DNA of 49,703 bases from Ignavibacteria bacterium (GTDB lineage: Bacteria; Bacteroidota; Ignavibacteria; Tepidaquicellales; Tepidaquicellaceae): positions 1 to 49,703 of the forward strand of contig JBHELA010000368.1 of assembly GCA_041859005.1 (NCBI GenBank). The letters are read 5' to 3'. The notes under the pieces were generated by a model. That model was not told the DNA's origin. It ran no database searches and worked only from the letters and a program-made list of their open reading frames with translations. The position numbers and the translations under genes are program-made. Positions 1 through 7,500 of this stretch are shown piece after piece; the first letter of the stretch is position 1, and each line of letters opens with the position of its first letter.

Positions 1-39
1 TTCTCTTGCTCTAAACAATAAAAAATGTTCTTCTTAGTG

Positions 40-290
40 GTCTGAGTGTGCGTTCTTTGCATCCGCCGTGGAGGAATCTTAGTGGTGAAATCTTTTCTTT
101 TTTCTATGCTCTCTTTGCGACCTTTGCTTTCGAGTCGCAGATCCGCCGTCTTTTTGGGTGGACGCTCTTTGCGTTAAAAAATCTTTTGTTAAATAATAAT
201 CTATTTGATTTCTCTGCGTCCTCTGCGCCCTCGGCGGTAAAATTCTTTATTATTTCTTGTTTCTCTCTGCCTCCTCAGTGACTTCTCTGA
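40..290. repeat. Cluster of degenerate REP-like short repeats (CTCTGCG / CTCTTTGCG half-sites, ATCCGCCGT, GGTAAAA tail)
   Basis: Recurring strings: gcgttctttgcatccgccgtgg (about 50-71), ctctctttgcgacctttgc...gtcgcagatccgccgtc (109-150), cgctctttgcgttaaaaaatc (163-183) and ttctctgcgtcctctgcgccctcggcggtaaaa (210-242). The last closely matches 3384-3407. It is locally GC-richer than the surrounding AT-rich DNA. The 77-aa ORF over it looks spurious. Confidence 0.5.
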
Positions 291-454
291 TATCTGTTGA
301 ACCTATTCCAATAAGTTCTTTTCTTTTGTTTTATTTCGTCCCCCTCCATCACTATATTTATATATAGAAATTAACGACGAAAAGGTTTATTTTTTCAATA
401 GTTTCAAGTTGAGTATGTTTCCCATTAATCACACATATTAGAATTTTGAGTTTT

Positions 455-1984
455 ATGAAAAGACAAAACCGGCAGATACTATTACCATCCATCCTATTTA
501 GCATTATCGTAATTATACATTTATTTATTTCAAAGCCGGCAACAGCACAGATGCAATTCGAGTGGGTGAGGAATTATCCTAATTTTCAGGGACATTCAGC
601 AGCAATTGATTCGTCAGGTAATATTTATTCTGTTGGAGACTCATCAAGTTATTTGATAGTTTTTAAGCATAATCCAAACGGAAATCTTATCTGGAAAAGA
701 AAGTTAAATCACAGAAAAACTAACTCCAGATTGCTTACAGCAACTGATAGAAATAATGAACTATACGTTTCATTTGGAAATATTAATCATCAATTTGTAT
801 TGGTAAAAATTGATTCATCAGGGCAGTTGAAATGGGAAAATATATTAATTTATGGAGGATATGACGAGCCATACAGTATTGCCGTTGATAAGGCAGGTTT
901 CATTTATTTAACTGGAGAAACATTTAATGGGATTACTAAATGCCTCACTGTAAAATATACTCCGCAAGGCGATACGCTGTGGGCAAGAATTAATCCCGAA
1001 TATGTTATGTCAGGGAACTATGTAAGTATTGATGACAGCGGATATGTTTACGTTGCTGGAGGTTATATTTCTTCCGGTGGAAGTTATTATTATGGAACTT
1101 TGAAATACGATAATAATGGAAATCTGAAATGGTTTAGAAAGTATAGTTATCAGAATACGATTTCACGCGGAATATGTGTAAAGCCTGACAACAAAGGTAA
1201 TTGCTACGTTAGTGGATATATAAGATTGTATGATGGGAACTTCATTTCCGGGCTTATTAAATATGATTATAAAGGTGATTCAGTCTGGGTAAGAATATTC
1301 GGAGATTCTTTGACGGAAGTGGAGGGATCATCAAATATTAATTTCGATGATAACGGAAATATATACTTATCTGCTATTTACACTTTAAAATATGACACGG
1401 CAGGTTATTTACTCTGGCAAAGATATAACGCCTGTTACTTGACTTCTTTTGCATATCACAATAATCGTATATATAGTGCGGGTCCGAGATTATGGCTGGG
1501 TCCCGACAGTTTGCGAATTATTGAACGTGATGAAAATGGAAACCTAATTAGTGAGAACTATTATCCAAAATCACCATCTATGCTTGATTTGAAATTTTAT
1601 AACAACTCATTTTATCTTATAATTAATTCTCAAGACTCTTTAATATTAATGAAATTCAGAACTTCCCCTAATAACATTGTGAACAGCACAACTATTATAA
1701 GTGATTGTAAATTGCACCAGAACTACCCGAATCCGTTTAATCCTTCGTCAGTTATTCGTTTTCAATTGCCTGTCGTTAGTAATGTAGTGTTAAAAGTCTA
1801 TGATGCAATGGGTCGCGAAATACAAACACTCGTGAATGAAAATCTTAATGCAGGGTCTTATAGTGTCGAATTTAACGGAGAAAGATTATCAAGCGGTGTG
1901 TATTTCTACAAAATAGAAGTCCGCAGCAGCGGATCTTCAACAGGAAATTTTACGGATGTAAAGCGTATGGTGCTTCTAAAATGA
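455..1984 (+). CDS. Secreted beta-propeller-repeat (SBBP-like) protein with T9SS C-terminal sorting domain
   Basis: N-terminal signal peptide (...ISKPATAQ). Repeated G-x-I/V-Y-V/L-x-G motifs (GNIYSVGD, GFIYLTGE, GYVYVAGG, GNCYVSGY, GNIYLSA). C-terminus QNYPNPFNPSSVIRF...LKVYDAMGREI...SGVYFYKIEV is a typical type-A T9SS CTD. The ATG at 455 is preferred over the TTG at 446. Confidence 0.75.
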   Translation: MKRQNRQILLPSILFSIIVIIHLFISKPATAQMQFEWVRNYPNFQGHSAAIDSSGNIYSVGDSSSYLIVFKHNPNGNLIWKRKLNHRKTNSRLLTATDRNNELYVSFGNINHQFVLVKIDSSGQLKWENILIYGGYDEPYSIAVDKAGFIYLTGETFNGITKCLTVKYTPQGDTLWARINPEYVMSGNYVSIDDSGYVYVAGGYISSGGSYYYGTLKYDNNGNLKWFRKYSYQNTISRGICVKPDNKGNCYVSGYIRLYDGNFISGLIKYDYKGDSVWVRIFGDSLTEVEGSSNINFDDNGNIYLSAIYTLKYDTAGYLLWQRYNACYLTSFAYHNNRIYSAGPRLWLGPDSLRIIERDENGNLISENYYPKSPSMLDLKFYNNSFYLIINSQDSLILMKFRTSPNNIVNSTTIISDCKLHQNYPNPFNPSSVIRFQLPVVSNVVLKVYDAMGREIQTLVNENLNAGSYSVEFNGERLSSGVYFYKIEVRSSGSSTGNFTDVKRMVLLK

Positions 1985-2110
1985 TTTTAAATGAGTATCA
2001 AATAGAAAACAGGAATATTACTTTTCCCCTTGACTTTTCTATCTATTTTTTAGACATTTATTATCATGATTATTCATAATAGTCATATTAGATTGACTTG
2101 CTTCTTAGGA

Positions 2111-2280
2111 TTTATAAAAAAGAAGCATACCTTAACTGCCTTTATAATATATTAGTTATATTATTATCCCATAAACATCCCATGAACATCCCATTAACAT
2201 GCCTTGTCCATACCATGCTGATCCGGTGCGCACCTATGACTCACATATGGCTTAACCGTGTAGTAGCCGTTAAATCAACG
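2111..2280 (+). repeat. Dispersed non-coding element, copy A: five phased 11-nt tandem repeats (2166-2220) plus conserved flanks
   Basis: The array reads ATCCCATAAAC ATCCCATGAAC ATCCCATTAAC ATGCCTTGTCC ATACCATGCTG. TTTATAAAAAA lies 44 nt upstream, GGTGC 4 nt downstream and ACATATG 13 nt further. The same layout occurs on the minus strand at 20350-20519. Confidence 0.6.
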
Positions 2281-2332
2281 TTCAGTTTCCGAAAAACCCC
2301 TATTTTTTGCATAATTTTAAATATTTAAAACT

Positions 2333-3142
2333 ATGGCACGTGTAAAAGGTCAATATCTCGGTAAAGTTAGCGGTAAAATCGATGATTTAATCTTTAAAAC
2401 CACTAAATCAGGGAGTTTTGTCTATAGAAACAAAAGAATTCGTAAATCCTCAGATTCTAAAGCTGCCAAAGATAATAATAACCGGTTTTCTGTTGTTGTT
2501 GGGTTTACTAACGCTATTCATGATTCCATATTGCTTAAAAGGACGTGGAAAACTTTTAGGAATATAAAAGGAAATCGCCCTTACGATAAAATTCACTCTT
2601 TCGTATGCGAAAATAGCAAATCCGATTTCATTGGAAGTGATGCTAAAATATTACCCGAAGGTATAGATTGTAATATTATAGGATTCAAACATGATAACAG
2701 CTCAATAGAGTTTGAAATCAAACCTTATGACGATCTGATAAAACTTTACAATGACCCTTTCTCTGCCGTAGCAATTATTTATTTGAACACCCCTGTCACG
2801 AAAAGGAAAGGAAGGAAGGTGTTTCCAAATAATACATTCATTATGGTTGAAGAAGATTTTGATTCTCTTGGAATAAACGGATTAAATAACGTAAAAGTCA
2901 AATTTGAGAATTATGATAATAAGTTCGCTGAAATTGACGATTATCAGCGCGTCAGGGTTTATATATCTGTTTTCTTTAATGATGGACATTCTGAAGTCTA
3001 TTGGACTTATTCCAATAGTTTCTTATACAAAGGTCATGAACTTGATAATATTTTCTACGAAGAAATGAAATTAAGAATTAGACAGGAAAGAGCAGATGCA
3101 TTAAAACCCCAGCCTAAATTCCGACGAATCACAAAAAGATAA
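2333..3142 (+). CDS. Hypothetical protein, basic N- and C-termini, no signal peptide or TM segment
   Basis: Clean 269-aa ORF with an ATG start and a hairpin downstream. The N-terminus MARVKGQYLGKVSGKIDDLIF..RNKRIRK loosely recalls Bacteroidota DUF6266-type uncharacterised proteins (from memory, unverified). No catalytic motif was recognised. Confidence 0.6.
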   Translation: MARVKGQYLGKVSGKIDDLIFKTTKSGSFVYRNKRIRKSSDSKAAKDNNNRFSVVVGFTNAIHDSILLKRTWKTFRNIKGNRPYDKIHSFVCENSKSDFIGSDAKILPEGIDCNIIGFKHDNSSIEFEIKPYDDLIKLYNDPFSAVAIIYLNTPVTKRKGRKVFPNNTFIMVEEDFDSLGINGLNNVKVKFENYDNKFAEIDDYQRVRVYISVFFNDGHSEVYWTYSNSFLYKGHELDNIFYEEMKLRIRQERADALKPQPKFRRITKR

Positions 3143-3150
3143 AACTAAAA

Positions 3151-3173
3151 GGCTGCCTTAACTAAAAGCAGCC
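3151..3173 (+). terminator. Candidate hairpin terminator after the hypothetical gene
   Basis: ggctgc-N11-gcagcc stem 9 nt after the stop codon. The T-tract is weak (ctttctc). Confidence 0.4.
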
Positions 3174-3383
3174 CTTTCTCATAAAAAATTTTATAATCTC
3201 TATTTTTTCTGTTTCTTTTCTAATGTTTGAGCATCAATCAACAAAAACCAAATATAGCATGTCAACATTCTGTTCTTTATAAACTTTCTACCATTTTTTA
3301 TTTATTCTTGTATGCAATTAAAATGTTATCTATTCTAAATAAAACATTGTATAGTTCTTAACAACAAAATAATTTTCTTTTCG

Positions 3384-3407
3384 TTCTCTGCGACCTCTGC
3401 GGTTAAA
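3384..3407. repeat. REP-like repeat copy (TTCTCTGCGACCTCTGCGGTTAAA)
   Basis: Near-identical to 210-242 (TTCTCTGCGTCCTCTGCG..GGCGGTAAAA). It lies in the 401-nt gap between the hypothetical gene and rubrerythrin. Confidence 0.5.
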
Positions 3408-3543
3408 TTGTTTGTTGGCTTTAATCTTTGTAAATCATTTCCATCAGTGTAAATATGAGTTGGATGATATTGAAATTGATCTACCATAGTATCTTCCTTC
3501 CGTAATATCTTCTTTGGATTTGAAATTCTAACAAATCCTTTTC

Positions 3544-4080
3544 TCAGATATCTTCGCTGAATACTTCAAAGAAAGACTTGTCATGCCAGCAGGTCGGACA
3601 TGCTTTTGGGGCTTCCGTTCCGACGTGTATGTGTCCGCAGTTTATGCAAATCCACATCGTTTCCTCGCCGCGCTTGAAAACCAAATCGTTCTCAAGATTT
3701 GCAAGAAGCTTTTTATATCTTTCCTCATGGCGTTTTTCTATTTCGCCCACGCGTTCGAAAAGCCTGGCTATTGAGTCAAATCCTTCTTCACGGGCTGTTC
3801 TTGCGAAATTGGGATACATAGTCGTCCGCTCGTAGTTCTCGCCGTTTGCTGCCTCAGCAAGATTCTCTTTTGTTGTTCCGATTCCTTCGAGCTGCTTGAA
3901 CCACATTTTTGCATGCTCTCTTTCATTGTTTGCTGTTTCTTCAAAGAATGCTGCTATTTGTTCATAGCCTTCTTTTCTTGCAGCTTCCGCAAAATAAGTG
4001 TATTTGTTGCGTGCTTGCGATTCACCTGCAAATGCTGCCTGCAGGTTCTTTTCTGTGTTTGTCCCTTTTAATTCTTTCAT
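3544..4080 (-). CDS. rbr: Rubrerythrin
   Basis: N-terminal ferritin-like diiron domain ([19 protein letters not shown]...EREHAKMW...EKRHEERY) and a C-terminal rubredoxin-like CINCG...CPTCW motif. Confidence 0.9.
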   Translation of the reverse strand: MKELKGTNTEKNLQAAFAGESQARNKYTYFAEAARKEGYEQIAAFFEETANNEREHAKMWFKQLEGIGTTKENLAEAANGENYERTTMYPNFARTAREEGFDSIARLFERVGEIEKRHEERYKKLLANLENDLVFKRGEETMWICINCGHIHVGTEAPKACPTCWHDKSFFEVFSEDI

Positions 4081-4110
4081 AATCTTAAATGAGGTTTTGT
4101 TTGATAGATG

Positions 4111-4134
4111 TATTAATTATATATAGAATTAATA
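4111..4134. promoter_or_regulatory. AT-rich inverted repeat TATTAATT-N8-AATTAATA in the rbr / lipoprotein divergent promoter region (candidate Fur/PerR-type operator)
   Basis: A perfect 8-bp inverted repeat read directly, about 30 nt upstream of the rbr start. The operator role is inference only. Confidence 0.25.
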
Positions 4135-4221
4135 ATATAAAAAATGATATAATTGAGTTGTAAACTTTAACGAAATAAATTATTTTCTTAGCATTGTAAT
4201 CTAAATTAAATACTAATTTTT

Positions 4222-4635
4222 ATGAAAAATATAATTCCACTATTGTTAGCTGCGTTTTTTGCTTTGAGTTTGTATTCATGTTCATCCGATGAAACTGTTA
4301 TATCGAATACATCGGATACTCTTTCGTACAGTTTCTCAACTTTAAACGATTCCGTTGTTACTGTCACTTATGCAATCGGCGGCAATACATCGTCACAGCC
4401 CGTAAGCTGGACGGTTAATCTTAATAAATCGATTCTGAAATTAAGACATAACATGACTTACGTCACAGCAGGGTCAATGACAATTAATCTTTACAGCGAT
4501 ACTACACGAAAGTTTACATTTCCTATGAATACCGCCGTAGATTCATTAAGACCTTCAGTTCCCGGACTTACTACAAAAATTGAATTAGCTCCGACGAATT
4601 TCAAAGGCAGGGGAACAGTTACCATAGCGAAGTAA
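4222..4635 (+). CDS. Small lipoprotein, unknown function
   Basis: Signal peptide with lipobox (LSLYSCSS). No recognisable domain. Confidence 0.6.
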   Translation: MKNIIPLLLAAFFALSLYSCSSDETVISNTSDTLSYSFSTLNDSVVTVTYAIGGNTSSQPVSWTVNLNKSILKLRHNMTYVTAGSMTINLYSDTTRKFTFPMNTAVDSLRPSVPGLTTKIELAPTNFKGRGTVTIAK

Positions 4636-4659
4636 AGTTTAATCTAAAACAAAGTTTAA

Positions 4660-4685
4660 AAAGACACCTTAAATAGGTGTCTTTT
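4660..4685 (+). terminator. Rho-independent terminator
   Basis: aaagacacc-ttaaata-ggtgtcttt stem-loop followed by T residues, downstream of the lipoprotein gene. Confidence 0.6.
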
Positions 4686-4720
4686 CATATAGTGAGAAAT
4701 GATTTCCGCTATCTAAAAAA

Positions 4721-4742
4721 CTTTACAATTTCTTTACATTTA
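4721..4742 (+). promoter_or_regulatory. Candidate Pho box: direct repeat CTTTACAattt CTTTACAttta (11-bp period)
   Basis: Two identical 7-mers 11 bp apart, 27-48 nt upstream of pstC. The TTTACA core matches the TT(A/T/C)ACA repeats of B. subtilis PhoP boxes and the 7+4 architecture of PhoB boxes. Confidence 0.45.
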
Positions 4743-4759
4743 GTATTGTCATAATTTCA

Positions 4760-4767
4760 TATATTTG
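4760..4767 (+). promoter_or_regulatory. TATATTTG, matches the Bacteroidota-type -7 promoter consensus TAnnTTTG
   Basis: Read directly. It lies 17 nt after the Pho-box repeats and 1 nt before ATG 4769 (a second ATG is at 4775). This implies a leaderless or very short leader. Confidence 0.3.
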
Positions 4768-4768
4768 T

Positions 4769-5758
4769 ATGAATATGAATAATGGTTTAAATGCAGAATC
4801 AACAGCCCCGGTCTCTAAAGAAATAAATCGTAAAGAAATAAAAGCTGGGAAGAAGATTTCGGATGTATTCTTCGAGAATATAACCCTGATATTTGCATTC
4901 ATGATTATTATACTCGTTGGGTATATTATTTATATCATGTTCATCGATTCAAAAGCTTCGCGTGATGCATTCGGTTTTGGTTTCATTTTCTCCGAGAACT
5001 GGGATTCTGTCAAAGACAGTTACGGTGCTCTAACCTTTATCTACGGTACCCTCATTTCCTCAATTATTGCATTGGCTATTTCATTGCCCATAAGTATTGG
5101 GGTTGCAGTCTTCCTTACTGAACTGGCACCGCAGGTTGTAAAAAATACCATTAGCTTTTTAATAGAAATTCTTGCAGCTATTCCGAGTATCATTTACGGT
5201 TTCTGGGGCATTTTCGTGCTTGCTCCATTTATGAGAAATACTGTTCAGCCTTTTTTGCAAAGCACACTTGGATTCATACCATTGTTTAAAGGCAATCCAA
5301 TCGGATTCGGCTTGCTGACAGCAGGTATCGTTCTTGCCATTATGATTACTCCAATTATCACTGCAATAACAAGAGATGTCCTGAAAGCAATTCCTACTTC
5401 GCAAAGGGAAGCGGCTTATGCTCTCGGGGCTACTAAATGGGAAGCGATTAAAATGGCATTGCTGAATGCTAAAAGCGGAATACTCGGAGCTACAGTTCTG
5501 GGTCTTGGCAGAGCTGTCGGTGAAACTATGGCAGTCACAATGGTAATCGGTAACAAAGCACAGATTAGTTCTTCATTGTTTGAACCTGCTTACTCAATGG
5601 CATCCGTCATAGCAAATGAGTTTGCTGAAGCCTCAGGAAGCCTGCATATTTCTTCTCTTATCGAAGTTGGACTAATACTATTCGGCGTTACGTTTATAAT
5701 CAATTCATTCGCAAGGCTTCTTATCTACAGCTATACAAGAAAGGCAGAAGTTAAATAA
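4769..5758 (+). CDS. pstC: Phosphate ABC transporter permease PstC
   Basis: Multi-TM permease with the EAA-type loop (REAAYALGATKWE). It heads a pstC-pstA-pstB series. Confidence 0.9.
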   Translation: MNMNNGLNAESTAPVSKEINRKEIKAGKKISDVFFENITLIFAFMIIILVGYIIYIMFIDSKASRDAFGFGFIFSENWDSVKDSYGALTFIYGTLISSIIALAISLPISIGVAVFLTELAPQVVKNTISFLIEILAAIPSIIYGFWGIFVLAPFMRNTVQPFLQSTLGFIPLFKGNPIGFGLLTAGIVLAIMITPIITAITRDVLKAIPTSQREAAYALGATKWEAIKMALLNAKSGILGATVLGLGRAVGETMAVTMVIGNKAQISSSLFEPAYSMASVIANEFAEASGSLHISSLIEVGLILFGVTFIINSFARLLIYSYTRKAEVK

Positions 5759-6627
5759 TGATTGATTATTATGCAAATGTAAGTAAAACTCATGCACAAA
5801 AGAGAAAGCTGAAAAGTGCAATAATGCTCGTAATGTGCTTCATCGCTGCATTTGTTGCATTACTTCCTTTGCTTTATATTTTCTTTTACACTACTATGCA
5901 GGGTGCATCGTCACTAAACCTTGCATTCTTTACAGAACTGCCAAAACCTGTCGGTGAAACGGGCGGAGGTATGGCAAATGCAATTGTCGGTACCTTCATA
6001 CTTGTTGGACTCGGCTCAGTTATCGGTATTCCTGTGGGTCTTATGGCAGGTATTTATGTAACTGAATATTCAAAAAGTATTCTCGCAAACATAGTAAAGT
6101 TTGTGACTGACGTACTCAGCGGAATTCCCTCAATCATAATCGGTATCTTCGCATATGGAGTTGTTGTAATACCTATGCAGAGATTCTCGGCTTTAGCTGG
6201 AGGATTTGCACTTGGTATTCTCATGATACCGACAATAACAAGAACAACCGAGGAGATGTTAAAACTTGTTCCGCATTCACTTCGCGAAGCAGCACTTGCT
6301 CTGGGCATTCCAAGATGGAAAACAACAATCAGAATTGTTCTCAGAACTGCTTCAGGCGGAATAATAACAGGGATACTCCTTGCTATTGCTAGAGCAGCGG
6401 GGGAGACAGCGCCTTTGCTTTTCACTTCTTTCGGAAATAGCTTCTGGGCAACAAGTCTCGATGGACCAATGGCATCCATTCCTGTTCAGATTTTTAACTA
6501 TGCAATTTCACCTTATGAAGAGTGGCACAGAAAAGCCTGGGCTGGTGCGTTTGTTCTGATATGCCTCGTTTTTATTGTGAGTCTTATTGTAAGACTTGCT
6601 ACTCGAAATAAATATTCACAAAGCTGA
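5758..6627 (+). CDS. pstA: Phosphate ABC transporter permease PstA
   Basis: Start overlaps the pstC stop by 1 nt. Carries the permease motif LREAALALGIPRWKT. Confidence 0.9.
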   Translation: MIDYYANVSKTHAQKRKLKSAIMLVMCFIAAFVALLPLLYIFFYTTMQGASSLNLAFFTELPKPVGETGGGMANAIVGTFILVGLGSVIGIPVGLMAGIYVTEYSKSILANIVKFVTDVLSGIPSIIIGIFAYGVVVIPMQRFSALAGGFALGILMIPTITRTTEEMLKLVPHSLREAALALGIPRWKTTIRIVLRTASGGIITGILLAIARAAGETAPLLFTSFGNSFWATSLDGPMASIPVQIFNYAISPYEEWHRKAWAGAFVLICLVFIVSLIVRLATRNKYSQS

Positions 6628-6628
6628 T

Positions 6629-7441
6629 ATGGATGCAGAAGAAATAATAAAAGATGTTGTAAAAGAAGAGATTTCGAAAGAAGAAAAGATTAAGTATTCC
6701 ATTGAAACGGAATCGCTGACCGTATCCTTTAATGGCAGGGAAGCCATATCGGACGTTAACATTAGAATCAGATGCAACGCTGTTACAGCTATCATTGGTC
6801 CTTCGGGCTGCGGTAAATCAACTTTTCTGCGGTCACTTAATTTTATGCATGACCTCACTCCCGGAGCGAAAGTTACTGGTACGATTAGAATTCACAACAA
6901 GGATATAAATGAATACGATATGACGGAAGTTAGAAGAAAAGTAGGAATGGTATTCCAGAAACCGAATCCTTTTCCAACTATGTCTGTCTATGATAATGTT
7001 GCTGCAGGACTGATATTAAAAAACAGATATAAAAGATCATATCTTAATGAAATCGTCGAGAAATCTCTCGTGAATGCCGGTCTATGGGAAGAAGTTAAAG
7101 ACAGGCTTAAAGTATCAGCGATGGCTCTTTCCGGAGGACAGCAGCAAAGACTTTGCATTGCAAGAACTCTTGCAGTTGACCCCGAAATAATTCTTTTCGA
7201 TGAACCAACTTCGGCTTTAGACCCGATATCTACAGTTGCTATTGAAGAAACACTTTCAAAACTTAAAAAGGAAATCACAATAATAATTGTTACCCATAAC
7301 ATGCAGCAGGCAGCGAGAGTCAGCGATTATACTGCATACTTCTTTCTCGGCAAGCTTATCGAGCTCGGAAAGACACGGACTATTTTCACTTCTCCGAAAG
7401 AAAAATTAACTGAGGACTATATAACAGGAAGGTTCGGTTAA
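6629..7441 (+). CDS. pstB: Phosphate ABC transporter ATP-binding protein PstB
   Basis: Walker A GPSGCGKST, signature LSGGQQQRL and Walker B ILFDEP. The ATG at 6629, just after the pstA stop, is preferred to the upstream TTG at 6596. Confidence 0.92.
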   Translation: MDAEEIIKDVVKEEISKEEKIKYSIETESLTVSFNGREAISDVNIRIRCNAVTAIIGPSGCGKSTFLRSLNFMHDLTPGAKVTGTIRIHNKDINEYDMTEVRRKVGMVFQKPNPFPTMSVYDNVAAGLILKNRYKRSYLNEIVEKSLVNAGLWEEVKDRLKVSAMALSGGQQQRLCIARTLAVDPEIILFDEPTSALDPISTVAIEETLSKLKKEITIIIVTHNMQQAARVSDYTAYFFLGKLIELGKTRTIFTSPKEKLTEDYITGRFG

Positions 7442-7500
7442 TATATACCAAAAACATAGAATTTGTGAGATATTTTTCATAAATTGTATGTTACATTAAC

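Noticed and set aside
48-281. 77-aa ORF at the window start
   Set aside because: It lies entirely over the REP-like repeat cluster and has a low-complexity, repeat-driven sequence (SASSAPSAVK). It has no start context. I treat it as non-coding.
2166-2220. Possibility that the 11-nt tandem repeats are a CRISPR or TIGR-like array
   Set aside because: The repeats are contiguous with no spacers, the units are only 11 nt long, and no cas/tas-like gene is nearby.
2098-2328. 76-aa ORF spanning element copy A
   Set aside because: The homologous copy B (20350-20519) has no corresponding ORF. The similarity between the copies follows the 11-nt DNA register, not a codon pattern.
3350-3505. 52-aa minus-strand ORF (MVDQFQYHPTHIYTDGNDL...) as a remnant of an IS200/RAYT-like transposase next to a REP-like repeat
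   Set aside because: The resemblance is limited to an F-x-Y-H-x-x-x-I-Y string. The ORF runs into the repeat and ends shortly after. This is too short and too weak to support a call.
3578-3835. Antisense ORFs inside annotated genes (3578..3835, 3583..3774, 5159..5404, 6054..6479, 6616..6858, 6988..7302, 15549..15905, 17894..18124, 18488..18742, 26014..26280, 26364..26771, 27325..27834, 37578..38018, 38802..39116, 40055..40423 and others)
   Set aside because: These are shadow ORFs opposite well-supported genes. They have low-complexity or hydrophobic junk composition and no motifs.
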